64,000 nt of DNA from Prorocentrum cordatum (taxonomy: Eukaryota): the NCBI GenBank assembly GCA_963575745.1, contig CAUYUJ010000001.1:1302001-1366000 (forward strand), in the 5' to 3' direction. Shown one piece after another: positions 1 to 10,213 of this stretch. The number at the start of each line of letters is the position of its first letter. Positions within the stretch are counted from its first letter, which is position 1. A program made the position numbers and the translations under genes. The notes beneath the pieces are model-generated. The model did not search any database. It saw nothing but the letters and a program-made list of their open reading frames with translations, and was not told where the DNA came from.

Positions 1-788
1 GCCCTCAGGCAGGTTGCGTTTTTGTCCCGGCCCATAACCTTCCCAACACAAGCCCTTCTCGCTCGAGCGCGAAGTTCGTTCCGCCGTGTGCATTGTGCGC
101 AAGACGCTGGGGCCGAATCGGACGCCGCCGCGATATCCGCTGGGGCCCGCTGCGGTGCACTCGTGTGCGCCGGTGGCCTCGGTGCCCAATCGTTCGCCTC
201 CCGAGCCGCTAAGCTCCAGGGCGGGCGGGGAGGCACGGTCTCCACCCTCGGCGGGCGACGGGCACGCTGTGCGGCCCTCTTCCTCGGCGAAGCTCCCGGC
301 CAAGGGGCTTCCTCGGCGAGTCGCCTGCCGGGCGCAGGCCCATTGGGCCTCGCCAGCCCGGTGCCGGCCGTTACCTCCAGGGTCGGACATTCGGGTGCAG
401 TGTTCGGCGTTGCGGGGTGGGATTTTCCGCAGCGCTTGTGCGCGCAGACCCGAGTCGCCCAGCGCTCCCCGTGTTCACCCTTCCTCTCCGAGCCCGAATC
501 CCAATCAACACTTGAAAGGCTTGACTCTCTGAGCCACTGAGCACCTGCGCCCAGAGGGCTGGTGGGATTTCCCGTTCGCTATTGCGGGGCGAGGGCCCAC
601 ACGACCGATTTCGGAAGCGCGCCCGCACGATGCGCGGTACTCTGCTCGGGATTCTTGTTTCCCTCATGCAGTGGCCAGTCAAGCTTCCCCGAAGGGCAAG
701 CAGGGGATTGGAAGGTTTCACTTTCTGAACCACGGAGAACCTGCGCCCCGAGGGCTGGTTGGAGCGTACCCTCCCCGCCTCCTCTCGG

Positions 789-979
789 CGGCGAGCGAGG
801 GAGGAAGTGAGAAAGAGAAGGCCTTCTCAGAAGGCGGCGGGACTTCTCAGAAGCCCTCACGTCTTCTGAGAGGTTGTTTGTGTCTTCCGGGAAGGCTTTG
901 AAAACTTCTCAGAAGGCCGGGAGGCTTCCGAGCCTTTTGAGAAGGCCTTCTCCTTCTCATTTCCCCCCCTCGCTCGCCG
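789..979. mobile_element. MITE-like palindromic element with ~46-bp imperfect terminal inverted repeats
   Basis: The left arm CGGCGAGCGAGGGAGGAAGTGAGAAAGAGAAGGCCTTCTCAGAAGGC is near-complementary to the right arm GCCTTTTGAGAAGGCCTTCTCCTTCTCATTTCCCCCCCTCGCTCGCCG. No clear TSD. A similar-looking palindrome lies at ~58515-58605. Confidence 0.55.
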
Positions 980-1007
980 ATCCTCGTCCTTCCTCCCTTT
1001 TCTTCGC

Positions 1008-1184
1008 CATGGGGGAAGCAGGTCCTGAGGGAAGCGGGCCCCGAGGTTTCCCCCCCGTTGTCGAGCTATCGAGGCCTTTCACAGGCCCCAGGACTGTCAG
1101 AAGACGGTTCCGGATGAAAAACCTGTCTTGGGGGAGGGCCCCGGGGTCCAGGACCCGTTTCCCTCAGGACCCGTTTGCCCCATG
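1008..1184. mobile_element. MITE-like element with CATG termini and ~34-bp imperfect TIRs
   Basis: CATGGGGGAAGCAGGTCCTGAGGGAAGCGGG matches the reverse complement of CCCGTTTCCCTCAGGACCCGTTTGCCCCATG with a few mismatches. No TSD seen. Confidence 0.5.
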
Positions 1185-2226
1185 TTGACTCTCCCCCCGA
1201 GGAAGGGCAGACAAGTGGAGCCCCTGGCTCGGCCCCCGCACATCCCCCAGATTCGACAGTTGTCTGTGAGCGTTGGGCAGCACAGGCGAGTGGACAGCAA
1301 AAAGAACAGTGGAATCCCCTGGGCCCGCGCGAATCCGAAGCCAACTCTGAACCTGGGGCAGGGACTTTTTGGTCCTCCTGCGGCCAATCCTCCTCGGCAG
1401 CGGCAACCGCATCGCGGCTGCGGCTGCACTGAGTCTGGTAGCCCATCGCATTTGGGGCCATCATGTCGGGCCGGCCAGGGGCAACGACAGCGTGACGACC
1501 GAGGTCCCGGCGCTCCAGCTCTCTCTTTCTATTTGGGCTCCTCCTTGGCCTCCAGGGCTGCTCGCGGCAGCTCCCGCACTGTTTCTGCACCTGTTTTCAC
1601 CCACATGATGCTGCACGCAGCCTTGTTGTTTTGCTGCCCCCCCCTGCAGGTAAATGGTGGCTCAGCGCGCACCAGTCCCTCGAATCCGGCGGCGCGAAAC
1701 AATGCATCGTCGCAGGAAATCGCGACCGTGGCCCTAGGCCCAAAACTTTCTGCGGCATTCCTCGAGTTCAATCGGTCCGCGAGAGCCCCAGGGCCCAAAT
1801 CCAGACGACAAAAGCGCCCTGCGTGAACAAAGATGCATAAGTCAGACTCCCCCTCCTTTCCTGTCGACGGCCTCATGGGTGATTGCCCTGACACCGTCAC
1901 GTTGCTGGTCCCATTCCTACGGCGTGGTGTTTGGACAAAGCCGGAGGGATGTCTGGGAAGCTGTCTGGCAGTCCCATCGTGTTACTCCACAGTTGCGCTG
2001 TCCTCCAGTGTTACACCATTGTTGTACACCAGGCCCCTGGTCCCCCCAGCGGGGTTAAGGCGCCCAGAGTCGTATCCTTTCAACCTCTTCATCACCATGT
2101 TCATCCTTCACAGCCCTCGCCCCATCCCGCCGTGTGTGGCGCCGAGGACCAGCCAACCCCCCTGGAGTTCTTCTCGTACGGGCTCTACTGGGTGCTCGCG
2201 CCGCTCCGTCATTCCCCATCCTGAGC

Positions 2227-2276
<50 letters not shown>

Positions 2277-2288
2277 GTCTCTCTGTCG

Positions 2289-2365
<77 letters not shown>
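2227..2365 (+). repeat. (CT)n microsatellite
   Basis: Direct reading of the sequence. Confidence 0.95.
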
Positions 2366-2368
<3 letters not shown>

Positions 2369-2514
2369 CTCCCTCCTGCGCCCGGAGCCCTCCCTCCCTC
2401 GTCCTTCACGTTCCCCGCCTTCCATCTAGTCATCCTCCCTATCCCTTCTCGTCCTCTTCCAGCACGCCCCCGCTCTTCCTCCCCAAGCCTTTTCTTCATC
2501 GTGTCGTCCTTAAC

Positions 2515-3200
2515 TTTCCTCCTCCCACGCCCTCCCTCGTTGCTCCTCCTCCTCCTCCTCCTCCTCCTCCTCCTCCTCCTCCTCCTCCTCCTCCTCTTCT
2601 TGCTCTCCTCCTCCTCCTTCTCCTCCTCCGTTGGGTGCTCGCATTCATCCTGGGCGGCCTGGTGCTCAGGAGGGCGAAGAGGCAGATCGAGAAGATGAAG
2701 GAGTCTTGGCGACAGGCCGGGACGGCATCCTTCCCCCGCCTGTTGTTGTTCATGTTCTTCCTCTCACCCCGGAGGAAGAGGAGGAAATCACCAGAACTCC
2801 GAAGAAGCCTTCAGACCTCCCTTGAACCTTCTCTTGCCTCCTACTCATCCTCATTTTGATCCTCATCCTCATCCTCATCCTCCTGCTCTTCCTTCCCCTC
2901 CACTTCCTCATCCTCATCCTCATCCTCCTCCTCTTTCTTCTCCTCCTTCTCCTCCTTCTCCTCCTTCTCCTCCGCCCTGCTCCTCCTCCTCCTCCTCCTC
3001 CTCCTCCTCATCCTCCTCCTCCTCCTCCTCCTCCTCCTCCTCCTCCTCCTCCTCCTCCTGCCTCCTCCTCCTCCTCCTCCTCCTCCTCCTCCTCCTCCTC
3101 CTCCTCCTCCTCCTCCTCCTCCTCCTCCCCCTCGTCCTCCTCCTCATCCTCCTTCTCCTTGTCATCCTTCTCCTCCTCCCCATCCTCTCCCCTCCTCATT
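2515..3200 (+). repeat. (CCT)n / (CAT)n low-complexity tract interrupted by a short unique island at ~2630-2730
   Basis: Direct reading of the sequence. Confidence 0.9.
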
Positions 3201-3434
3201 TTCTTCTTCATGTTCCCAGCTAACGTTGACGACATCCTCTTCCTTTCTTTGATCCACATCCCTCTTGCTCATCTAAAAATCGAGTTCCAGGCCGACGAGC
3301 AGAAGGCCAAAGAGGCAGAGATCAACGGCACAGTCCGTGAGAACAACGCCGCTCCAGTAGAATCCGGCGAGGCTTTCGCCATGTGAGTGAGTAATCAGGC
3401 GACGCCGCATCTGCCAACCCTTTGATGCATACGC

Positions 3435-3465
<31 letters not shown>

Positions 3466-3466
3466 T
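3435..3466. repeat. (TA)n microsatellite flanking the Helitron2-like cluster
   Basis: An ATATAT run sits immediately before the element end at 3465. Confidence 0.9.
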
Positions 3467-3576
3467 TGTAGTGGCCTTCGGCCAGTGCCGCCGATCCGGG
3501 GCGCTCCGACTGATGTGATCCTTCTTCGCCCTCGTCCCTCCTCTCTTTTTCCCTCCCCTCCTCTCACTCAGCATTT

Positions 3577-4511
3577 ATCGAAGACGCCTACGGCGAATCA
3601 CCGCCGCCCCCTGCCTTTTTGGAAGCGCCTATGTGGCCGAACGTTGAGGCCAGACCTGCCAAGCTATCGGACCACGTGTTCCCCGAATCGGTTTGGAAAG
3701 CCTTCGGGGAACACGTGGGCATCTTGAAGGTCATCTTGGCCGTCTTGGAGGCCTCTTGGGCAAGCTTTGGGCGATCTTTGGGGCTTTTTGGGCCGTCTCG
3801 GGCCAGCTTCGAGCCAACTTCGGCCATCTTGGTGGGTTCCTGGCACGTCTGAAGCCGTCGGAAGCCGTTTGGGGGGCCTCTATGGGCCGACTTGGGGCCC
3901 GCTTGGAATGCTCCAGGGCCGTCTTGGAGGCCATCTTGGGCGTCTTGGAGGCCATCTTGGGCGTGTTGGAGGCCTCTTGGGCCCTCTTGGGGCCCTCTAG
4001 GGGCCATCTTGGAGGCCACTTGGGCCATCATGGGGCTCTCTTGGGGGCCTCTTGGGCGATCTTGGGGGCTTCTTGGGCCGTCTTGAGCCGTCGGAGAGCC
4101 GAAAAGGCGCAAATGCCAAAATCCTTCAAAAACCAAGGGAAAATCAATGATTTTGGCCTCTTCGGACTCTCCTGGAGGACCTCTTGGAGGCCTCTTGGGC
4201 CGTCTGGGAGGCCTCTGGGGGGCCTCTTGGGCCGTCTTGGGCCGTCTTGGACTCTCTTGGGCCGTTTTGGAGGCCGTCTTGGACCATCTCGGGCGGACTT
4301 GGAGGCCATCTTGGGCCATCTTCGCGATTTTTTGAGGATGTCCCGAGCGAAACGGCCGTTTTTGGGCATTGACAGACGGATTTTGGGAAACGCGCGGGTG
4401 GCCGGCGGGACGGGCCGAAGCCCACTGGGGAGTTCTTTTAGAAAAAGAACCAAAACCAAAACCTGAATCGTCCAGCACGCCGTGCACCCCTGCAAGCAGG
4501 GGGCGGCGGAT
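3577..4511 (-). mobile_element. 933-bp Helitron2-like non-autonomous element, copy 1
   Basis: Perfect 14-bp asymmetric inverted repeat CCGCCGCCCCCTGC (3601-3614) / GCAGGGGGCGGCGG (4496-4509). Hairpins at both ends: CCCCTGC-AA-GCAGGGG (4487-4502) and CGCC-TAC-GGCG (3585-3595). The interior is CTTGG-periodic and non-coding. Confidence 0.7.
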
Positions 4512-5444
4512 CGAAGACGCCTACGGCGAATCACCGCCGCCCCCTGCCTTTTTGGAAGCGCCTATGTGGCCGAACGTTGAGGCCAGACCTGCCAAGCTAT
4601 CGGACCACGTGTTCCCCGAATCGGTTTGGAAAGCCTTCGGGGAACACGTGGGCATCTTGAAGGTCATCTTGGCCGTCTTGGAGGCCTCTTGGGCAAGCTT
4701 TGGGCGATCTTTGGGGCTTTTTGGGCCGTCTCGGGCCAGCTTCGAGCCAACTTCGGCCATCTTGGTGGGTTCCTGGCACGTCTGAAGCCGTCGGAAGCCG
4801 TTTGGGGGGCCTCTATGGGCCGACTTGGGGCCCGCTTGGAATGCTCCAGGGCCGTCTTGGAGGCCATCTTGGGCGTCTGGGAGGCCATCTTGGGCGTGTT
4901 GGAGGCCTCTTGGGCCCTCTTGGGGCCCTCTAGGGGCCATCTTGGAGGCCACTTGGGCCATCATGGGGCTCTCTTGGGGGCCTCTTGGGCGATCTTGGGG
5001 GCTTCTTGGGCCGTCTTGAGCCGTCGGAGAGCCGAAAAGGCGCAAATGCCAAAATCCTTCAAAAACCAAGGGAAAATCAATGATTTTGGCCTCTTCGGAC
5101 TCTCCTGGAGGACCTCTTGGAGGCCTCTTGGGCCGTCTGGGAGGCCTCTGGGGGGCCTCTTGGGCCGTCTTGGGCCGTCTTGGACTCTCTTGGGCCGTTT
5201 TGGAGGCCGTCTTGGACCATCTCGGGCGGACTTGGAGGCCATCTTGGGCCATCTTCGCGATTTTTTGAGGATGTCCCGAGCGAAACGGCCGTTTTTGGGC
5301 ATTGACAGACGGATTTTGGGAAACGCGCGGGTGGCCGGCGGGACGGGCCGAAGCCCACTGGGGAGTTCTTTTAGAAAAAGAACCAAAACCAAAACCTGAA
5401 TCATCCAGCACGCCGTGCACCCCTGCAAGCAGGGGGCGGCGGAT
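4510..5444 (-). mobile_element. 933-bp Helitron2-like non-autonomous element, copy 2 (head-to-tail with copy 1)
   Basis: Exact 933-bp period, with the ORF track duplicated at +933. I noticed only two substitutions by eye. The copies share the junction GGCGG-AT-CGAAG. Confidence 0.75.
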
Positions 5445-5520
5445 CCAGTGGCCGTCGGCCTATCCCGCCACCGTGCGTGGGTGGTGGGTCAGAGGCCTCA
5501 TGGATGCTGGTTGGGATCTC
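5443..5520 (-). mobile_element. Additional Helitron2-type 3' end inside the composite
   Basis: AT-CCAGT-GGCC(GTC)GGCC-TATC-CCGCCACCGTGC. It resembles the reverse complement of 22200-22270. Confidence 0.5.
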
Positions 5521-6373
5521 GTGGTTGGCTGGGACTTCTGGGGGCCTCTTGGGCGCCTCTTGGGGCTTCTTGGGGGCCTCTTGGGCCTCTTGGGGCCACT
5601 AGAGGGCCTCTTGGGGGTCTCTTGGGAGCCTCTTGGGGCTTCTTGGGGGCCTCTTCTGCGCCCCTTGGGGCCTCTTGGAGGCCTCCTCGGAGCCTCTTGG
5701 TGCGGGAGGGGTGGTACTCGAGTTCGGAACCCCCTCGGAGGCCACGATCCTTGTGAGGGGTGTCAAAAAACGCATCCGCCAGAAACTCGCACCCCCCCCC
5801 CTACCCCACCCCCCCTTCCCCGGCAGAGCCACCCCGGCAACCCCCCCAGAGGCTGAGGCTCAGCCTCGAGGCTGTAGCTGAGACTCCTTGAAACTCACAC
5901 GCCGGATCGGCGGATATGTAGGTGCACAGAGGGATCAAGGCTGGCCCCTCGAGGCCATCTTAAGGCATGGTGGAAGTTCGGGATCACCGCGCACGCTTCC
6001 AAGGCCTCGAGAGAGGCCACGCCACGAAACATGCAGCGCCCAGGAAAAATCCGAAAGTCAGGCGGGGGGGGGCTTGAAGCGCACTTACGGTCCCTAGCGC
6101 GTTGACATTGCCCAGGCATACTTCGTGCCTCGCGGCTCGCGGTCTGGGCCTGATTCTGGGGGGGGCCTCTCAAGAAGTCCCAGGGGGCCGTGAGCCCCAA
6201 AGGTCTCCAGACGCCCCGCGGGACCTCCCGGGAGTGGGGACCCCCGAGGGGAGGGGTTGGCATATGCCGCGTTGGTGCTCCGCGGGGTCGGCGACTACAC
6301 GCAGACGCCATGCGCTGCGGCAGGCGCGCGAAATGCTGCCGTGGCACACATCGTGCCATTCGGCCGCCCCCAC

Positions 6374-6566
6374 TACCCATCGGTCGTTGAAAGTGGGTGT
6401 GTTTGGATTCTCAGATTCCAATCTACTTTGGGCGCCTTCCTACTTCAAGGATCGAGTGGCTTCACCTGTTCCGTCCTCCCAAGGGGGCGGGCGGACAGCA
6501 GACACCCAATCTACGTTCAACCTTTCCTACTTCATGTTTCTACCTATTTCGTCCGACCGATGGGTA
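6374..6566. mobile_element. MITE with perfect 11-bp TIR flanked by TA (Tc1/mariner-type TSD)
   Basis: TA|CCCATCGGTCG ... CGACCGATGGG|TA. It has an internal GC hairpin at ~6466-6498 and a repeated CCAATCTAC..TTCCTACTTCA motif. Confidence 0.7.
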
Positions 6567-6733
6567 TTCGTCCCCAAGCTCGCAGCACGCAGCACGCGGA
6601 GCGACTCTGCCTCGAGTTTGCACGCTTTCGCACGCGAGCGCCACGGGCGCATGCAGCTCCGCGAGATGTTGCACTGCATGCTGCGAGCTCGCAGTCTCGA
6701 TTTGTAAAGTCAGCTGGTGTGCGCACTGCAATT

Positions 6734-6950
6734 GTGAGATTTGTACACGTCCCGCTAGGGATTGTAGAATTCATGAAATTTGTACAGGACAGGTGCGGCC
6801 TTAGTGGGATTTGTACACGCACCGCCAGAGAGCGCATAGTTCATGAAATTCGTACAGGCCAGATGCGGCCTGCGTGAGATTTGTATACGCCCCGCTAGGG
6901 AGCGAAGAATTCATGAAGTTTGAACAGGCAAGGTGCGGCCTTCGTGAGCG
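6734..6950. repeat. 70-bp minisatellite, ~3 copies
   Basis: Units of the form GTG(A/G)GATTTGTA..TTCATGAA..TGCGGCC start at 6734, 6804 and 6874, with a partial start at 6944. Confidence 0.9.
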
Positions 6951-7002
6951 TTTACGCTCGGACCTGGAATCCGTCAGAGTGCGACCACTGGACCACAAGT
7001 CC
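6936..7002 (-). ncRNA. Degenerate tRNA-like sequence (possible SINE head or tRNA pseudogene)
   Basis: The minus strand reads GGACTTG-TGGTCCAGTGG (box-A-like)-TCGCACT-CTG..CAG-GTCC-GAGCG(TAAA)CGCTC. It resembles tRNA-Gln in part but has no canonical GTTCRA T-loop. Confidence 0.25.
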
Positions 7003-8504
7003 ACTGGTTGCACGTTTGGAACATGCCGCAGGTCGTCGCACCTCTATTTGCTCGTCGCCATGCGACTGGGCCTCACGAGCTCCTCGCAGCTGTCTCGACT
7101 CAGTTGGTAACTCTGGACCTCCTGCGCTGGCGCCCCGTGGCGCACTCGGCGACGTTTTGCAGAGGAGGCTGGGTCTCAGACTGCCCCGCAGCGGCCCGAG
7201 CGCTGCAGCACGTCCGAAAAGCCCGATGCCTCTGGCTCTCCAGCCTCCGCCTCCCTTCCCCTCCCCCCCTCCCGCCCCTCCTGTGCTCCTCGGGCATGAG
7301 TGCCTACGGTCAGCAACTTTGGCTTAGCGCGTCGCGCCGCCGGTTCTGGCCCGCAGCGCTCTGGGACGACATGCTATCCACGACCGGTCCCCGGGCGCCC
7401 ACGGCAAGATCCTTTCCCAGCCACCCGCCATGAAGAGCGGAGCCACACGCTTTCTGCTTGCAAGGCATAGCGTGTCGCTGGGGCCGTCGCCGCGACACGC
7501 TGTACCAGAGTTCCTGACCGTAGCCAAAGCGAGGATTCATCAACTCATTGGCACCGGAGTGCGGTTGCAGGGTCTCTTCGGCCATTTCACAGCATGAGCC
7601 CTGCTTGGTTTCAGAGAGACGTATGCGCCTCAGAACACAATTCGTTGAGCGCTGGGTGTATTACAAGGTGTTCACTCATGCTAGTTTCTGGGTGCGCCCC
7701 GTCACTATGAAAAATGTCCCAGAAGAGCGCACTTGACGTGTTATCTTACTTTCTCCCCGTGCTTCCCCTCTCTTGGCGAGCGCGCTCCTGTTCATCTGGC
7801 ATCCTGCTCCTCCTTATCCGTTAGGCGTCGCGTGATGGGGGTGGCGATACATGGGGGGCAGCGAGGGCTGCAGAAAAAGGGCCCTTCAGGGCCCATACGG
7901 GGGCCTTTAAGGCCAGAAGCGGGCACCTTTCTTCCCCCCCGTTTGATCGCCCCCCCATTAAGCCTCGCCCAAATCCGACCTCTAGTGACCTCCAGAATCC
8001 TCGGGGAGACGCACTCCTCTCCCCCTCATCCCCCTCCCTCGCTCCATGAGCTGCACGGCAGCGCCTTCTGGCCTGAAGGGCGGCCTTTTTCTGGCCTTGC
8101 GCCGCGGCGGGAACACCGCTCAGAGGGGGACCGAAGACGTTCCGACTGGAAAGGCATATATGGGAACAGCCACGGCTTGAGATCCAGAAGGAAACAACAT
8201 ACGCGTGAGACGTGCCGACTGAAAGCGGAACATTACCAGGAGAAAGAAGTATTGCGAGGGGTTGGAGGGCAAAGTCTATTTGCCTCTAGAAGACCAATAT
8301 CTTGCGCCTATGGCAAATACAGCTCGCACTTTCTAGCCACAAACGTCTATAGGCACACTGGTGTCGTTACGAACATAGACGCCTTCGGGGCGGATGCGTC
8401 TATAGAGAACGCGGTCGTTGCGTTCGGCGCAGTTCAAAGTCGTAGGAAGGGTAGAACTGTCTACTGCATGTTCCTGTATTAGAGCAGGTCCCACATGGTA
8501 CTGC

Positions 8505-8700
8505 AAGGGAGGGAGAGGGAGAGGAGGGAAGAGGGAAGGGGAGGGAAGAGGGGAGGGAAGGACAGGGGAGGGAGGAAAGGGAGGGGAGGGAAAAAAAGGG
8601 AAGGACAAAGGGAGGGGAGGGAAGAGGGAGAAGGAGGGCAGGGAAGAGGGGAGGGAAAAGGGATGGGGGAGGGGAGGAAGGGAGGGGAGGGCAGAGGGTC
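8505..8700 (+). repeat. Polypurine (G/A) tract
   Basis: Direct reading of the sequence. Confidence 0.9.
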
Positions 8701-9079
8701 GAGGAACAAGAAGCATGGATTGAGGCGAGTGGATTAGAGGCGGGTGTTGCTGCCATGTAGAGTCGGCGTGCTCCGTCGTCCAATCGGGCGGCATTGCCAG
8801 CACGTGAGCGTCGCAGAAAAACGAGGTGGTGTTCGCCGACATTGGCGCGTGAGTTGCCCGCGCAAGGTCGCGCGGAAGCGCTTTCGTTTGCATTGCAGCG
8901 TGCGGCGTTGGCAGCCCGCGGAAGCCACCGCGTAAGGTCGCCATGCCATCTCGCGTAAGACCTGTTGCTTTTCGTCGCCCATGTCTCGGGAGGTGCCTTT
9001 TCCCAATCCGTGGATTCTTCGCGGGGTGCAAATCTGGAATGTGTAGAGTATTTAAATTCGGGCATTCCTGGAAGATTCG

Positions 9080-9690
9080 TGGGGGCTTCTGGGGGCCTCT
9101 TTGGGACATCTTGGGGCTGCTTGGGGGCTTGTTGGGAGCCTGTTGGGGCGTCTTGGGGGAGTCATGGGCCGTCTTCTGGCGCTGTTCGGCATTGGCGCCT
9201 TCAGAGGCCATCTTGAGGGCGGGACTCTTTCGGCTGTATTGGTGTCTTCGTGAGGCTTCCAAGGGCCGTCTTGGGGGTCCTTTCGGCCGTCTTGGGGCCC
9301 ACTTGGGCCAATTTGGGGTTGTCTTGGAAACCTTGGGGCCACCTTTGGGCCGTCCTGGAGCCCTCTTGGGGGCTCCTTGGGCTGTCTTGCGGCCACATTG
9401 GATGCATCTGGGGCTGTCCTGGGGCGTCAGAAGCCCGAGAAGACGAGAACAGTAAAATAGATCCAAAACCTAAAGCAACTATATGTTGTTGTTGAGTTTC
9501 AAAGCCCTCTCGAGGAACCTCTTGGAACCCTCTTAAGCCGTCTTGATGGCTTCTTGTGCCGTATTGGGTCCGCTTGGGCAGTTTTGGGGTCATCTTGGGG
9601 CGTCTTGGAACCGTCTTCTTGGGCAGCTTCGACATCTTCCAGAACCGTCTCGAGGCCCAGCCCGCGAAGCCAAAACCGTTGACTTTCCGT
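9080..9690. repeat. Diverged member of the CTTGG/CCAAG-periodic dispersed repeat family
   Basis: Recurrent TCTTGG motifs around an A-rich core (~9440-9500), the same layout as the 933-bp unit. Confidence 0.6.
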
Positions 9691-9973
9691 ATGTGTTGTG
9701 TTTGTCTGATTCCCAGAAAGGGGTTACCACTTTTGAGCCGCGGATGGGGCGTGATTCTGGTGGGAGGGGAAGGGGGATCACATAATTACATTGGACATTA
9801 CATACGGGATATGGTGAAGCAGGGCCTTCGCGGAAAACGTTGCCGATCAGAACGTTACCTCGAAACGTGTATCTGGCGCTCATGCGCCAGATCCACGGAT
9901 CGGTAATCCATGTGAGCGTCCGAGAAGAGAGGGGAGGGGACATGGGAGGGGCTGGGAGTCCGAGGCTGGGATT

Positions 9974-10033
9974 TATCCACATCCACCGCCTGGGAATCCA
10001 GTCTTGGACCTCGGGAGGCGGTGGATGTGGATA
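9974..10033. repeat. Perfect 18-bp inverted repeat (hairpin/cruciform)
   Basis: TATCCACATCCACCGCCT / AGGCGGTGGATGTGGATA with a 24-nt spacer. Confidence 0.85.
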
Positions 10034-10092
10034 TTTTTGGGCATTAGTGTTTTGATGTTCCAACCTGCTTTTGCCTTGATCACCAGAAAGAC

Positions 10093-10213
10093 TTTCGAGC
10101 ACCAGAAAAATACCCCACAAACACTCGAGGGTTTTCACGTGTCGGGCCCTGGGAGACATTCGTCCGACACTGTTTCGACACTCTTTCATTCAACACTTTT
10201 CTGGGTGCTCGAA
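10093..10213. mobile_element. Short palindromic MITE-like element
   Basis: TTTCGAGCACC-AGAAAA / TTTTCTGGGTGCTCGAAA ends, with an inner GTGTCGG...CCGACAC stem. Confidence 0.5.

Larger units (their letters stand above)
3465..5915 (-). mobile_element. Non-autonomous Helitron2-like composite element (outer element)
   Basis: Asymmetric 12-bp inverted repeat: CCGCCGATCCGG (3488-3499) and CCGGATCGGCGG (5902-5913). On the minus strand the 5' copy lies 2 nt from the end and forms the hairpin CGCCG-ATC-CGGCG. The 3' copy lies just upstream of the hairpin TGGCC-GAA-GGCCA (3472-3484). Both ends abut an AT dinucleotide. Confidence 0.65.

Noticed and set aside
3281..3386. Faint resemblance of RENNA..SGEAFAM to a papain I29 prodomain
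   Set aside because: The match is too short, lacks the ERFNIN/GNFD residues, and no protease exons were found nearby.
3588..5428. 299-aa and 257-aa ORFs duplicated in the 933-bp units, and similar ORFs at 8.3-9.6 kb and 16.4-17.5 kb
   Set aside because: These are by-products of GC-rich CTTGG periodicity. They are open on both strands and have no protein motifs.
7517..7526. ACCGTAGCCA as a dinoflagellate spliced-leader relic
   Set aside because: It matches only the first 10 nt. The diagnostic TTTTGGCTCAAG is absent.
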